A stretch of DNA of 64,000 nucleotides from an uncultured delta proteobacterium (GTDB lineage: Bacteria > Desulfobacterota > Desulfobacteria > Desulfobacterales > JAFDCJ01): positions 1 to 64,000 of the forward strand of contig CAVYNY010000015.1 in assembly GCA_963769935.1 (NCBI GenBank), in the 5' to 3' direction. Positions 20,435 to 30,087 of the stretch are shown here, piece by piece. Under the pieces are notes generated by a model. That model had not been told where the DNA came from. It saw only the letters and a list, made by a program, of their open reading frames with translations, and made no database searches. The number at the start of each line of letters is the position of its first letter. Positions within the stretch are counted from its first letter, which is position 1. The translations under genes were made by a program, and so were the position numbers.

Positions 20435-22309
20435 ATGAACACCGACAGCTACCCGCCGATCGGCGAATACGGTTTCATCGCTGACTGTCATTCCGCAGCC
20501 CTGGTTTCCAAATCAGGCTCCATCGACTGGTGCTGCATGCCGCGCATCGATTCCAGCAGCTGCTTCGGCAGAATACTCGATTGGAAGAAGGGGGGATCCT
20601 GCCGGATTTCACCCGCGAACCCCTATGAGAGCCGCCGCCGCTACCTGGACCGCACACTCGTTCTCGAAACCACCTTCCAAACCGAGACCGGCCGGGCGCG
20701 CCTTCTCGACTGTTTTACCATGCGCCGCGGCGGAGAGCACGACCCCCATCGGCAGATCCTGCGTGTCATCGAAGGCCTGGAAGGAAAGGTCGATTTCACA
20801 ATAGACATCGTTCCGCGATTCGACTTCGGCGCCATTAAGCCGTGGATTAGACGCTACCGCCAGGATCATCACATGGCTGTCGGCGGCAGCGACGGGCTGC
20901 TCATTTCCAGCGATGCATCCGTAAAAATGAAGCACCGCCACGATTTAGCCGGTTCATGCATTGTCGCTGCCGGGCAGCGCAAGCACCTTTCCATCCTGCA
21001 TCGGCCGCCGGAAAGTCTCGGTGAGAATCTGGTGGACGTACCGGATCCCAGGGAGCAGGACCGCCGCCTGCAGGAAACTATCGAATGGTGGCAAGCCTGG
21101 TCCGGCCAGGGCCAATGCGGCGGACCCTATGCCGACCAGCTGCAACGTTCGGCCATTGTGTTAAAGGGGCTTTCCAACGCGCCGACCGGCGCCATCGCAG
21201 CCGCACCGACCACCTCGCTGCCCGAATCGCCGGGTGGAACCCGCAACTGGGACTATCGCTTTTCATGGATTCGGGACTCTTCTTTCACGGTTCGCTCGCT
21301 GGCCCAGCTGAACTATACCCATGAAGCCGATGGATTCCGAAGGTTCATCGAACGCAGTGCGGCCGGCAGCGCGGATCAACTGCAGGTTCTCTACGGTATC
21401 GGCGGTGAACGGCGCCTGCATGAATATGAAATTGGAGATTTGGAAGGCTATCGCGGGGCAAAACCGGTGCGGATCGGCAACGCCGCCGAAAGCCAGATTC
21501 AGCTGGATGCCTACGGTGAACTTCTGGATCTGGCTTGGCACTGGCACTGCCGCAGGCGCTCCCCGGACCACGACTACTGGGAATTCCTGGTGGAGCTGGT
21601 CAACAAGGTTTGCAGCTGCTGGCAGAGAACTGATTGCGGCATCTGGGAATTTCGCGGGGCACCGCGGCATTTCGTGCATTCCAAGGTTATGTGCTGGGCG
21701 GCGCTCAATTACGGAATCAAGCTGGCCGGCGATCTCCGCCGCAAGGCTCCGCTGCAAAAATGGCAAAAAGCCCGCGCAGCGGTGCGTCGAGCGGTTGAAT
21801 CGCAGGGCTATGATGCTGAGCGTGGCATATTCATTCAGGCCTTTGACCACCCCGGAACGGATGCAGCGCTGCTGCTGCTTCCCATGGTCGGCTTTGTTGC
21901 CTATGACGATAAACGCATGATCCGCACCACAGACGCCGTGCGTGAAGAGCTCGGCCAAGACGGACTGCTGCGCCGCTATTCAGACGGTGATGACGGCATG
22001 CAGGGCCGTGAAGGCGTATTTCTGGCCTGCTCCTTCTGGCTGGCGGAGTGCCTGGCCCGGCAGCACCGGCTGGACGAGGCCCATCAGACCTTAAAACGCG
22101 CCCTTGAGGTGGGCAACGACCTGGGCCTTTTTGCGGAAGAATACGATACCGCGGCCGATGAAATGCTGGGTAATTTCCCGCAGGGACTCACCCATCTGTC
22201 GCTGATCACCGCGGCCGTCGCCCTGAATGAAATCGAAGGGGCTTCGGAGGCCGGCTCCAACAACTGCAAAATCTCAGCGACTCCCGATTCCCGGGGTTCC
22301 GATTCTTAA
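20435..22309 (+). CDS. Glycoside hydrolase family 15 (trehalase/glucoamylase-like)
   Basis: AAPTTSLPE, RNWDYRFSWIRD, GIWE, GNFPQGLTH. Confidence 0.9.
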   Translation: MNTDSYPPIGEYGFIADCHSAALVSKSGSIDWCCMPRIDSSSCFGRILDWKKGGSCRISPANPYESRRRYLDRTLVLETTFQTETGRARLLDCFTMRRGGEHDPHRQILRVIEGLEGKVDFTIDIVPRFDFGAIKPWIRRYRQDHHMAVGGSDGLLISSDASVKMKHRHDLAGSCIVAAGQRKHLSILHRPPESLGENLVDVPDPREQDRRLQETIEWWQAWSGQGQCGGPYADQLQRSAIVLKGLSNAPTGAIAAAPTTSLPESPGGTRNWDYRFSWIRDSSFTVRSLAQLNYTHEADGFRRFIERSAAGSADQLQVLYGIGGERRLHEYEIGDLEGYRGAKPVRIGNAAESQIQLDAYGELLDLAWHWHCRRRSPDHDYWEFLVELVNKVCSCWQRTDCGIWEFRGAPRHFVHSKVMCWAALNYGIKLAGDLRRKAPLQKWQKARAAVRRAVESQGYDAERGIFIQAFDHPGTDAALLLLPMVGFVAYDDKRMIRTTDAVREELGQDGLLRRYSDGDDGMQGREGVFLACSFWLAECLARQHRLDEAHQTLKRALEVGNDLGLFAEEYDTAADEMLGNFPQGLTHLSLITAAVALNEIEGASEAGSNNCKISATPDSRGSDS

Positions 22310-22387
22310 ACAACCGTAAAAAGTTTTGCCGTTATTACGAAGTGGTGGATTTTTAGCACCTCTTGCCGGACGAGTTATTCGGCCGCT

Positions 22388-23705
22388 TTAACGCGCCGGA
22401 CCGGCTTTTCTGGATAGGGGCACCTGCAGTTTTCGCTTCCTGATGAACCGATACACGCCTTCGACCATAAAAGCCAAAAGGAGCATTGCCAATAATATCC
22501 ACAGATGCGAAGGGGTTTTTTGACCGATTTCCCAAATCAAGCTGCCGAGGGCTGCCAAGCACAGCACAACTCCCAGGATCGGTATCCAGCGTCGACTGTC
22601 GGTCTTTTTGGCGAGTGCAGCGTTGGCACCGTTGACGGCAGCAAAAATCAGCAGAAATCCGGCGCTGCCCATCATGGAAATGCTCGAAAGATCAAACAAA
22701 TTTGCAATGACAAGCGTCACCCCGGCCGTAATCAGGAGACCCTCCACCGGTTCGTGCCATACCTTGTGCTCGAGACTCTCGGGCAGTTCACCGTCTTTGG
22801 CGATGATATAACTCAGGCGGGTCGCACCGTATAGCGTGGCGTTGACGGCGGAGGCGGTGGATAAAAGCGCGGCAATCGTGACTCAGAACATACCCGTTTC
22901 GGCCCAGAAAGGGACGAGCGGCGGCGGCGAGCGCATAATCTTTGGCGGCTACGATCTTGTCCACGGACAGATTGCCGATGGTGACGGCGGCCACCATAAT
23001 GTAAAGGCAAATGACAAAACCGACGGCCGAGTAAAACGCCCTCGGCAGCGTTTTGCCGGGATTTCGAACGTCGTCGGCCGTATTGGCGATCAATTCGAAT
23101 CCTTCATAGGCGAGAAAAATAATCATGCCGCCGGCGATCATTTGAACGGGCGCAGACCATTGATCGGGGAGAAGACGATTGACGTCCATGCTCATTGCGC
23201 CCGTAGCAACAAACAGCAGAAGGATTGCGATTTTAACGGCGACAATCCAGTCTTCAACCTCGCCGATAAACTTGGCGCTCAACAGATTCAAGCCGGTAAT
23301 GGCAAGGATGCTGCCGCTGATGAGGACATGCTTCCAGACCGGCTGGGAGCTTTGGGGAAACATGGCCGAGCCATAGCTGCCGAAAGCATATGTATAAAGG
23401 GAAAGCATAACGATATAGCTGATCCAGAGCAGGACGTTCATCGCGCCGGTAAAAAGCCCGGGGCCGAAGGCATTATCGAGAAAGGCGACCGTTCCGCCTT
23501 CGTTGGGATATGTTACCGAAAGCCGCGTGTAAGAATAAGACGTCACCAGTGCAACCAGCCCCGCGATCAAAAAAGCGATCGGCGCCGCCCCGCGGGTCAG
23601 CTGGACCGAGAGGCCGAGGACCGCGAAAATTCCACCCCCCACCATGCCCCCCACCCCGATGGCGACAACACTCCAGTATCCCATTTTCTTTCTATCCGCC
23701 GCCAT
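22388..23705 (-). CDS. APC-family amino acid permease, one frameshift near 22885
   Basis: GVGGMVGGGIF, AYEGFELIAN; continues in second frame STASAVNATLYG to 22388. Confidence 0.85.
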
Positions 23706-23880
23706 ATCGACTTTTCCTATTTTCTTTCTGCATTTGCGTTTTAAGGTAGAGAATATTGTCGCTTTTCATTTCATAGCCCTTCGGACTTGCCCCTGTTGCC
23801 GGGGGTGCGGTGGTAATCCGTTGCCGGTCCGCTCCCGGATCATTGTCGGCGGTACCCGACGCTTCTGGAGGTCGGCTTAA

Positions 23881-24036
23881 GGGTTCGCGAAAAAATTAAT
23901 TCACAATATTAGGCGTTGAGGCGCCCGGACGGCAAGGCGCGAAAACGCAGGAATATCTTGATATTCCGAGTTTTCGCAACGCAGCCGGGCGGGATGCATC
24001 GGCGTATAGAATGTAAAGTTATTTTTGAGTGAGCCC
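23881..24036. mobile_element. 156-bp MITE with terminal inverted repeats and TAA target duplication
   Basis: gggttcgcgaaaaaattaatt ... agttatttttgagtgagccc, flanked by TAA at 23878-23880 and 24037-24039; central palindrome ggaatatc-tt-gatattcc. Confidence 0.75.
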
Positions 24037-25592
24037 TAAGAGGGTGACCCGTTCATTATGTGGCACGCTGCCAGATTTTCCTGGCACTGGAGGTAGGTCG
24101 GCATCACCCAGCTGCGGCCATCCTGAGCGATCAGGATTTCAGCCTCTTCGGGCCCCCAGGTTCCCGCTTGGTAGTTGGGAAATGAATACGGTTTAATCTT
24201 TTCCCATGCCTGTATGATGGGAGACAATACCTGCCAGGCGGCCTCCGTTTGATCGGCCCGCATAAAGAGCGTCGTGTCCCCGCGCATCACATCCAGCAGC
24301 AGCGTCTCATAAGCTTCCGGAGGTTTTACGTCGAAAGCCTCTCGATAGTAGAACTGCATCAAAACAGGCGATAGATGCATGGTCAGCCCGGGGTGTTTGA
24401 CCTCGAAACGCAAAAAAATCCCTTCGTGGGGCTGAATGGCCAGCAGCAGTCGATTCGGACGCGAATCCATCAGGGCGGCCGCGGGAAACGTCTGATGGGG
24501 TACCGGCCGGAATTGAATAGCGACTTCGGAAATTTTAGCCGGCAAGCGCTTGCCGGTGCGCAGGTAGAAAGGAACTCCCTGCCAGCGCCAGTTATCGACG
24601 TAGAGTTTGAGCGCCGCATAGGTTTCCGTAAGCGAGTCCGCTGCGACATCGGGCTCTTCCCGATAGGCCTTGACGCGCTCTGCCTCTATCCAGCCGCCGG
24701 CATACTGACCCCGCACGGCAAAGTCGTTGATCTGCTCAAAGGGGATGGGGCGAATGGCGTGCAGCACATCCACTTTTTTGTTCCGGATCTCATTGCCGTT
24801 GAAGGATACAGGGGCTTCCATGGTGATGAGGCAAAGAATCTGAAGCAGGTGGTTCTGAATCATGTCGCGCAGGGCCCCGGCCCGGTCATAATAGCCGCCG
24901 CGGTGCGCGACCCCCACCGATTCCGCAACGGTAATCTGGACGTGATCGATATAGTGACGGTTCCAGAGCGGTTCAAACAGCGTATTGCCGAAACGGAAGG
25001 CCAGAATGTTCTGGACGGTCTCCTTGCCAAGGTAATGGTCGATCCGGTAAATTTGGGATTCGAGAAAGATGCCCGTCAGGGTCTTGTTCAGTTTCCCGGC
25101 CGATTCAAGGTCCCGGCCAAAGGGTTTTTCAACAACGATGCGAGATTCCTCCCGGTCCGCATACAGTTTGGCATGGTCGAGTTTCCGGGCCAGGTTTTCC
25201 ACCAACCCGGGTGGGACCGCCAGATAGAAGATCTTGTTGGCCTTCGTTTCCCAATCCTTCTCGATCATCGCCACTCGCTTGGCCAGATTTATAAAGCTCT
25301 TGTCGTCATCAAAATCGGCCTCGATATAGAACAGATTCTCCGCAAATGAATGCCAGAATTTCTTGTCGACCTTGCCCCGGCGCGAATTTTTATCCACACC
25401 CTCCTGCAGGTGATGGCGGAATTGGTCGTCTGTCATTTCAACTCGGTCCAACCCCAGCACGATGATGCGCTCGGGCATCCATCCATCCAGATGAAGATTG
25501 TAAAGGGCCGGAATCAGCTTGCGCCAAGTCAGGTCGCCGCCCGCACCGAAAATCACGAAAATGGTGGGGTTCGGCCGAACGTTGTTTTCCAT
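24036..25592 (-). CDS. zwf: Glucose-6-phosphate 1-dehydrogenase
   Basis: GAGGDL, EKPFG, RIDHYLGKE, DMIQNH; RBS GAGGAGG before ATG 25592. Confidence 0.95.
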   Translation of the reverse strand: MENNVRPNPTIFVIFGAGGDLTWRKLIPALYNLHLDGWMPERIIVLGLDRVEMTDDQFRHHLQEGVDKNSRRGKVDKKFWHSFAENLFYIEADFDDDKSFINLAKRVAMIEKDWETKANKIFYLAVPPGLVENLARKLDHAKLYADREESRIVVEKPFGRDLESAGKLNKTLTGIFLESQIYRIDHYLGKETVQNILAFRFGNTLFEPLWNRHYIDHVQITVAESVGVAHRGGYYDRAGALRDMIQNHLLQILCLITMEAPVSFNGNEIRNKKVDVLHAIRPIPFEQINDFAVRGQYAGGWIEAERVKAYREEPDVAADSLTETYAALKLYVDNWRWQGVPFYLRTGKRLPAKISEVAIQFRPVPHQTFPAAALMDSRPNRLLLAIQPHEGIFLRFEVKHPGLTMHLSPVLMQFYYREAFDVKPPEAYETLLLDVMRGDTTLFMRADQTEAAWQVLSPIIQAWEKIKPYSFPNYQAGTWGPEEAEILIAQDGRSWVMPTYLQCQENLAACHIMNGSPS

Positions 25593-26097
25593 GGGGTTCC
25601 TCCTCGGTTTCTTTCCGAATGTCTGTTTCGACTGCGGATTATTTCCATTGCGTGTGAAAAATGTCTTCCGAATCGATATCACATATTTTTTCCGACATGG
25701 TTCTTTCCTCGCAAAGGGTTTTCCTTCATTTTGATTTCTCCTTAATTTGCGGGGCTCCCGGATGATCCGAACACCACAGGTTTGATTGTGGTTTGATCGG
25801 GTTTTGGTCTGGTACCGAATTAATTGCTGCCTCTGCCCGCGGCAGGCGGTCTGAACGCTGACATTTGGGGTGAAGTCATGGCCTGACCCTTCGGACCAGA
25901 CTCTTTTGCTGAATCTAGTTAGGCTGCGCTTGAAACAGAATAAGCGATATACCGTATTTACTGCCCCCCAGGACAGTATTTTGCCTGAGTTGGGCGTTTC
26001 CATCAAGAAGGTTGCAACAATGGTCCGTCCCGAACGGGTGGGGATAAATCTCGCCCCTACCCGGCAGGTTAATCAAGGTAATGCTGTATTGGACTTA

Positions 26098-26281
26098 GGC
26101 TTTTACGGCGAAAACCATTGGCATTATTGATTGATCCTGGATACTGGTTTCCAGTCTTCGCTCTTTCAAAGCTTCGACCCGGCAAGCTGGATGCTGGATT
26201 TTTCTGGATTTCACTGACGGTGCATTACTGAATATCCAGCATCAAGTAACGAGCATCCAGCATCGACCCTGTAAATGCGAT
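26098..26281 (-). repeat. Heptamer-rich (ATGCTGG) dispersed repeat, copy with nested insert
   Basis: Reverse complement aligns with 29944-30070. Confidence 0.7.
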
Positions 26282-26335
26282 GGTCTTAGGCCTACCGCTG
26301 CTGAATGGCCATGCCGATTTATGCAACGTTAAGGC

Positions 26336-26804
26336 TTATTTAGGTATGACCGGTGCGACATTAACACCCAAATGGTAAACCAGTTCACCGCCGTAATAGG
26401 CCGTAATTATCAGCAGGACCACCCCGGCCATCCCCGGCAGAAGCTGCCATCCAACCCACGCCGCCCTGCAGGGGGTACTTGCGCCACAGGACCCAAAGCC
26501 GCAGCAGGCAGTATAAGCTGAAGACAGCTATCGTGATCAGCGCCAGAGTTTCGTGGGTTTCAAGCGGACCCATGGCAAAGCCCTTCGAAACCGCTTTATC
26601 TAAGGCCATATCACCAAAGATCGCAGCAACCCCGGCCGAGAGTGTGCCCAGCAGCAAAGCCCACAATGAAATCAGCGGCAGGCCCTGTCGGCCGGCCAGA
26701 TCTTTTTTTGTCAAGAGCACAATTATGTCCAGGGCCACGGCAGTGATTAAAAAGACAATCGGAAAATGAACCAGCATGGGATGAATAAGCTCGATTGAAA
26801 TCAT
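26336..26804 (-). CDS. DUF2231-family membrane protein, frameshift near 26435
   Basis: IHPMLVHFPI, HE, and AYYGGELVYHLGV in the second frame. Confidence 0.8.
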
Positions 26805-26905
26805 AAGGCCTCCTAACGTTTGAAATTTGAACTCCGTTCAGCAACCGGTAAAACTCGCATCAGCGATATCGTCGGCTGCCTTTTGTCAGACGACTCATCG
26901 CACCT

Positions 26906-26997
26906 ATATTAAAACCCAAAATGCGAATCCCGTATCGGCGCCGGTCTTATTTTTGCGTAAGATTCAGGCGCATTTTTGCGTAGGCATTTGTCTCACA
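26906..26997 (-). promoter_or_regulatory. Motif 1 promoter module (before DUF2231)
   Basis: Minus strand TGTGAGA...TCTTAC...CCGATA-N21-TAATAT. Confidence 0.75.
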
Positions 26998-27060
26998 CGA
27001 CCGATTGCCGCGCCTGGTTGTATGTTCGGCAAGGTGATCGTTTTGGCCGGGGAAGCCTAT

Positions 27061-27152
27061 TGTAAGACAAATATCTACAGAAAGTCGGGGCAAAATCCTA
27101 CCCGATTATCAGACCGGCACCGATACCGGATTCGTACTCAAAAACTTATAGT
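27061..27152 (+). promoter_or_regulatory. Motif 1 promoter module (before receiver/degP)
   Basis: TGTAAGA...TCCTAC...CCGATA(27120)-N21-TATAGT. Confidence 0.75.
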
Positions 27153-27180
27153 GTGTGCAAACAAAGAAAGGTGAAAGGCC

Positions 27181-27570
27181 ATGCTGACCGTCTATATAGT
27201 CGATGATTCCGATGTAATGCGCGAAAGATTAGCGGAGTCGATTTCCGATATTGCGGAAATTGAAGTCACGGGGCAAAGCGGAAATCCCTTCGATGCTCTG
27301 AACAGAATCAAAGCCGAGCATCCGGATATCGTCATATTGGATATACGGCTGCCGGGAAAAAGCGGCATCGATGTGCTCAAAGACATCAAGAAAGAATCCC
27401 CGGCACCCATCGTTATCATGATTACCAACTATCCCTATCGTCAATACCGGCAGGGCTGCATGGCCGCCGGTGCGGATTATTTTTTCAGCAAAATAGACGA
27501 ATTCGAGATGATTGCCCAGGTGTTGCGTAATATGAGCCGCAGCAAATCGCACAACCGCCGGGGCGAATAA
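27181..27570 (+). CDS. Stand-alone receiver domain protein of NarL-like type
   Basis: YIVDDS, VILDIRLPGKSG, GADYFFSK; no HTH output domain. Confidence 0.9.
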   Translation: MLTVYIVDDSDVMRERLAESISDIAEIEVTGQSGNPFDALNRIKAEHPDIVILDIRLPGKSGIDVLKDIKKESPAPIVIMITNYPYRQYRQGCMAAGADYFFSKIDEFEMIAQVLRNMSRSKSHNRRGE

Positions 27571-27731
27571 AAAATCAACGAAAGGAGGAATGGCTCCGCT
27601 TTAATGTAAATTCGGTCGCGACCGTTTACAACCGGTGGCGCGAAACCGTAGACAGCCCATAAAAACTTCGACCATCCGGTTGTGCAGTAAGAAATTTATT
27701 CATCATGAAAATAAGTCAGGAGGAATTCAAC

Positions 27732-29186
27732 ATGAAAAGAAAAATTGTAAACGTTCGATTACTATTACTGGTGTTTACCCTCGTTGGTGCCATCGCTTTA
27801 ATTGCACCGTTCAAATACGTCCTCGCCGCGCAGGGCGACAGCTTTGTTACGCCTCCGAGTTTTGCGGATTTAGCGGACAAGGTCAAAGGATCGGTCGTGA
27901 ACATCTCCACCACTCAGGTGGTGGAAGGAGCTAATCCACTGCTTCCGTTTATGGGGCCCGGCTCACCGTTTGGGAATTTTTTCGGTCCGAATTCTCCGAA
28001 AGGATATTTCGGCATCAATCCGCATGAAAAAATGGAAACCCATGCCTTGGGCTCCGGTTTTGTCATCAGCTCCGACGGGCTGATTCTTACCAACAACCAC
28101 GTGGTTGAAAAAGCAACCGAAATAAAAGTCAAATTAATAGACGGCAGGGTTTACGATGCCAAATTGGTCGGAAGGGACCCGAAAACTGATCTGGCGCTCA
28201 TCCAAGCCAAACCAGATAAATATTTTCCCAAGCCGGTCGTGCTTGGGGATTCGGATGCCATGCGCGTCGGCGACTGGGTCATGGCCGTCGGCAACCCCTT
28301 CGGGTTGGGCAACACGGTGACAACCGGCATCATCAGTGCCAAAAGCCGTGTCCTCGGCGCCGGGCCCTATGATGATTTTCTGCAAACCGATGCCGCGATC
28401 AACCCCGGCAACAGCGGCGGGCCGCTGTTCAATATGCAGGGTCAGGTAATCGGAATCAACACCGCCATCATTGCGCAGGCCCAGGGCATCGGATTTGCCA
28501 TCCCCATCAATATTGCCAAAAATCTTCTGCCCCAGCTCAAAACAGGTAAAATTATCCGGGGATGGCTCGGGATAATGATTCAGGATATCACACCGGAGCT
28601 TGCCAAATCGTTCGATCTCAAGAGTTCAAAGGGGGTCATCATTTCGGATGTGGTCAAAGGCAGTCCGGCTGATCAAGCGTCGCTGCAGCGCGGGGATGTG
28701 ATTGTGCAGTTTAATGGAAAAGAAATTGAAAATGCCCGCATGCTGTCCCAGATGGCGGCGGCAACTGCGCCGAACACGCGCGTCAGCATCGAAATCCTGC
28801 GCAATGGTCAGCCGGAAACCGTCTCCCTGACGGTCGGAACCATGCCCGAAGGGAAGCTGACAACCGCGCCTTCTGAAAAATCAGAACAAGGCGCCTGGGG
28901 CATGACCGTTCAGGAACTCACGCCGCCGGTGGCCGGCCAGCTTGGATTGGAGCCGGGAACAACCGGAGTGGTGATTACCGACATCAAAGCAGGCAGCCCT
29001 GCTGCTGAAGCAGGATTGCAGGCAGGTGATTTAATCACGGAAGTAGGCCACAAGCTTATCAAAAATCTGGATGACTACCAGCAGGCTTTGAAACAGGTAA
29101 AAAGTGGTGAAAATTTGTTGCTGTTGGTCAAACGAGGCAGCGGAGCATTTTATGTCGTGCTGACACCGCCTTCAAAAAACCAGTAG
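27732..29186 (+). CDS. degP: DegP/DegQ (Do) serine endoprotease with two PDZ domains
   Basis: GSGF, TNNHVV, DLAL, QTDAAINPGNSGGPL. Confidence 0.92.
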   Translation: MKRKIVNVRLLLLVFTLVGAIALIAPFKYVLAAQGDSFVTPPSFADLADKVKGSVVNISTTQVVEGANPLLPFMGPGSPFGNFFGPNSPKGYFGINPHEKMETHALGSGFVISSDGLILTNNHVVEKATEIKVKLIDGRVYDAKLVGRDPKTDLALIQAKPDKYFPKPVVLGDSDAMRVGDWVMAVGNPFGLGNTVTTGIISAKSRVLGAGPYDDFLQTDAAINPGNSGGPLFNMQGQVIGINTAIIAQAQGIGFAIPINIAKNLLPQLKTGKIIRGWLGIMIQDITPELAKSFDLKSSKGVIISDVVKGSPADQASLQRGDVIVQFNGKEIENARMLSQMAAATAPNTRVSIEILRNGQPETVSLTVGTMPEGKLTTAPSEKSEQGAWGMTVQELTPPVAGQLGLEPGTTGVVITDIKAGSPAAEAGLQAGDLITEVGHKLIKNLDDYQQALKQVKSGENLLLLVKRGSGAFYVVLTPPSKNQ

Positions 29187-29197
29187 TCCATGATCCG

Positions 29198-29338
29198 CAC
29201 GGGGAAAACCGAATCTTGACGAGTTGAGCGGAAACCCGATGTGTGAAGGCGGAAACATGCGAAGCAATTGGCTGCGCAAAGCCAAGGGGCGGCAGTCCCT
29301 CCGTAAGGACGGGATTGCCGCTTCAGCATTTTCCCGTG
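29198..29338. other. 141-bp highly structured intergenic element (MITE or ncRNA candidate)
   Basis: Ends cacggggaaaa / ttttcccgtg; internal hairpins ttggct-gcgcaa-agccaa and gcggcagtccc-tccgtaaggac-gggattgccgc. Confidence 0.45.
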
Positions 29339-29496
29339 ACAAACTATCAACCGAGTGTTAAGAGCATAAGGCATAACATTCTTCCTATCCGATCAGGAAT
29401 CATTTATAGGCGCTTTCATGGAGCTGCCTGGTATTCAGAAAGTCAGTATTTACTGAAAATTATTCATGCTGAAGAAGAAGAAGGAGGAGAAGTAGC

Positions 29497-29886
29497 ATGC
29501 CGGCCAAAAACATCTACGACCTTTATATAACGGACACAGATAGAAATATTATCCTGGAAGAAAAGTCCGTGGCTGCCGAAACAGCCGAAAAAATTATCCG
29601 GGAACATCCCTGGCGCAGTGAGCTGCAAACCTATGTCCAACTGTGGAAACAGGCCACTAGATTCAGTTTCAGCATCCGTTACATGGAGGCGGTAAAAAAG
29701 TTTGGTGTGGGATTTTCCGATAAGGTGTCGCTGTTTAAATTGCCGCTGCCCTACGTCGGGGCAAGCTATGGCCATTTTGACGATATGGATGATGTCATCG
29801 CGTCGCTGCATCTATTCCTCGAAGGCGAGTTTGAAAAATTGGAACAATTTTTAGCAAGGTATCGCCCCGAACAAAAGGGGGATTAG
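29497..29886 (+). CDS. Hypothetical cytoplasmic protein (129 aa)
   Basis: Strong RBS AGGAGGAG and an isolated ORF; no recognised motif. Confidence 0.7.
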   Translation: MPAKNIYDLYITDTDRNIILEEKSVAAETAEKIIREHPWRSELQTYVQLWKQATRFSFSIRYMEAVKKFGVGFSDKVSLFKLPLPYVGASYGHFDDMDDVIASLHLFLEGEFEKLEQFLARYRPEQKGD

Positions 29887-29943
29887 GTTACCTTAACGTC
29901 GCAAAAATCTGTATAATTATTTAACAGGGGCGGGCGCAAGACC

Positions 29944-30070
29944 GTCGCATTTACGAGGTCGATGCTGGATGCTCGATACTTGATGCTGGATATTCAGCAA
30001 GGCACCGCGAACGAAATCCAGAAACATCAAGCATCAATCCAAAATGCCAATGATTGTCGTCGGGACAGCC
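29944..30070 (+). repeat. Heptamer-rich dispersed repeat, short copy
   Basis: ggtcgatgctggatgctcgatacttgatgctggatattcag...; inverted relative to 26098-26281. Confidence 0.7.
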
Positions 30071-30087
30071 AAAGCATTGCACAGGGT

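Noticed and set aside
25593..26006. 138-aa N-terminal extension of Zwf in the ORF track
   Set aside because: A strong RBS precedes ATG 25592 and the extension has no recognisable content
29244..29322. c-di-GMP-I riboswitch suggested by CGCAAAGCC
   Set aside because: The GGCAAAC..GAAA stem and the tetraloop-receptor layout are not present
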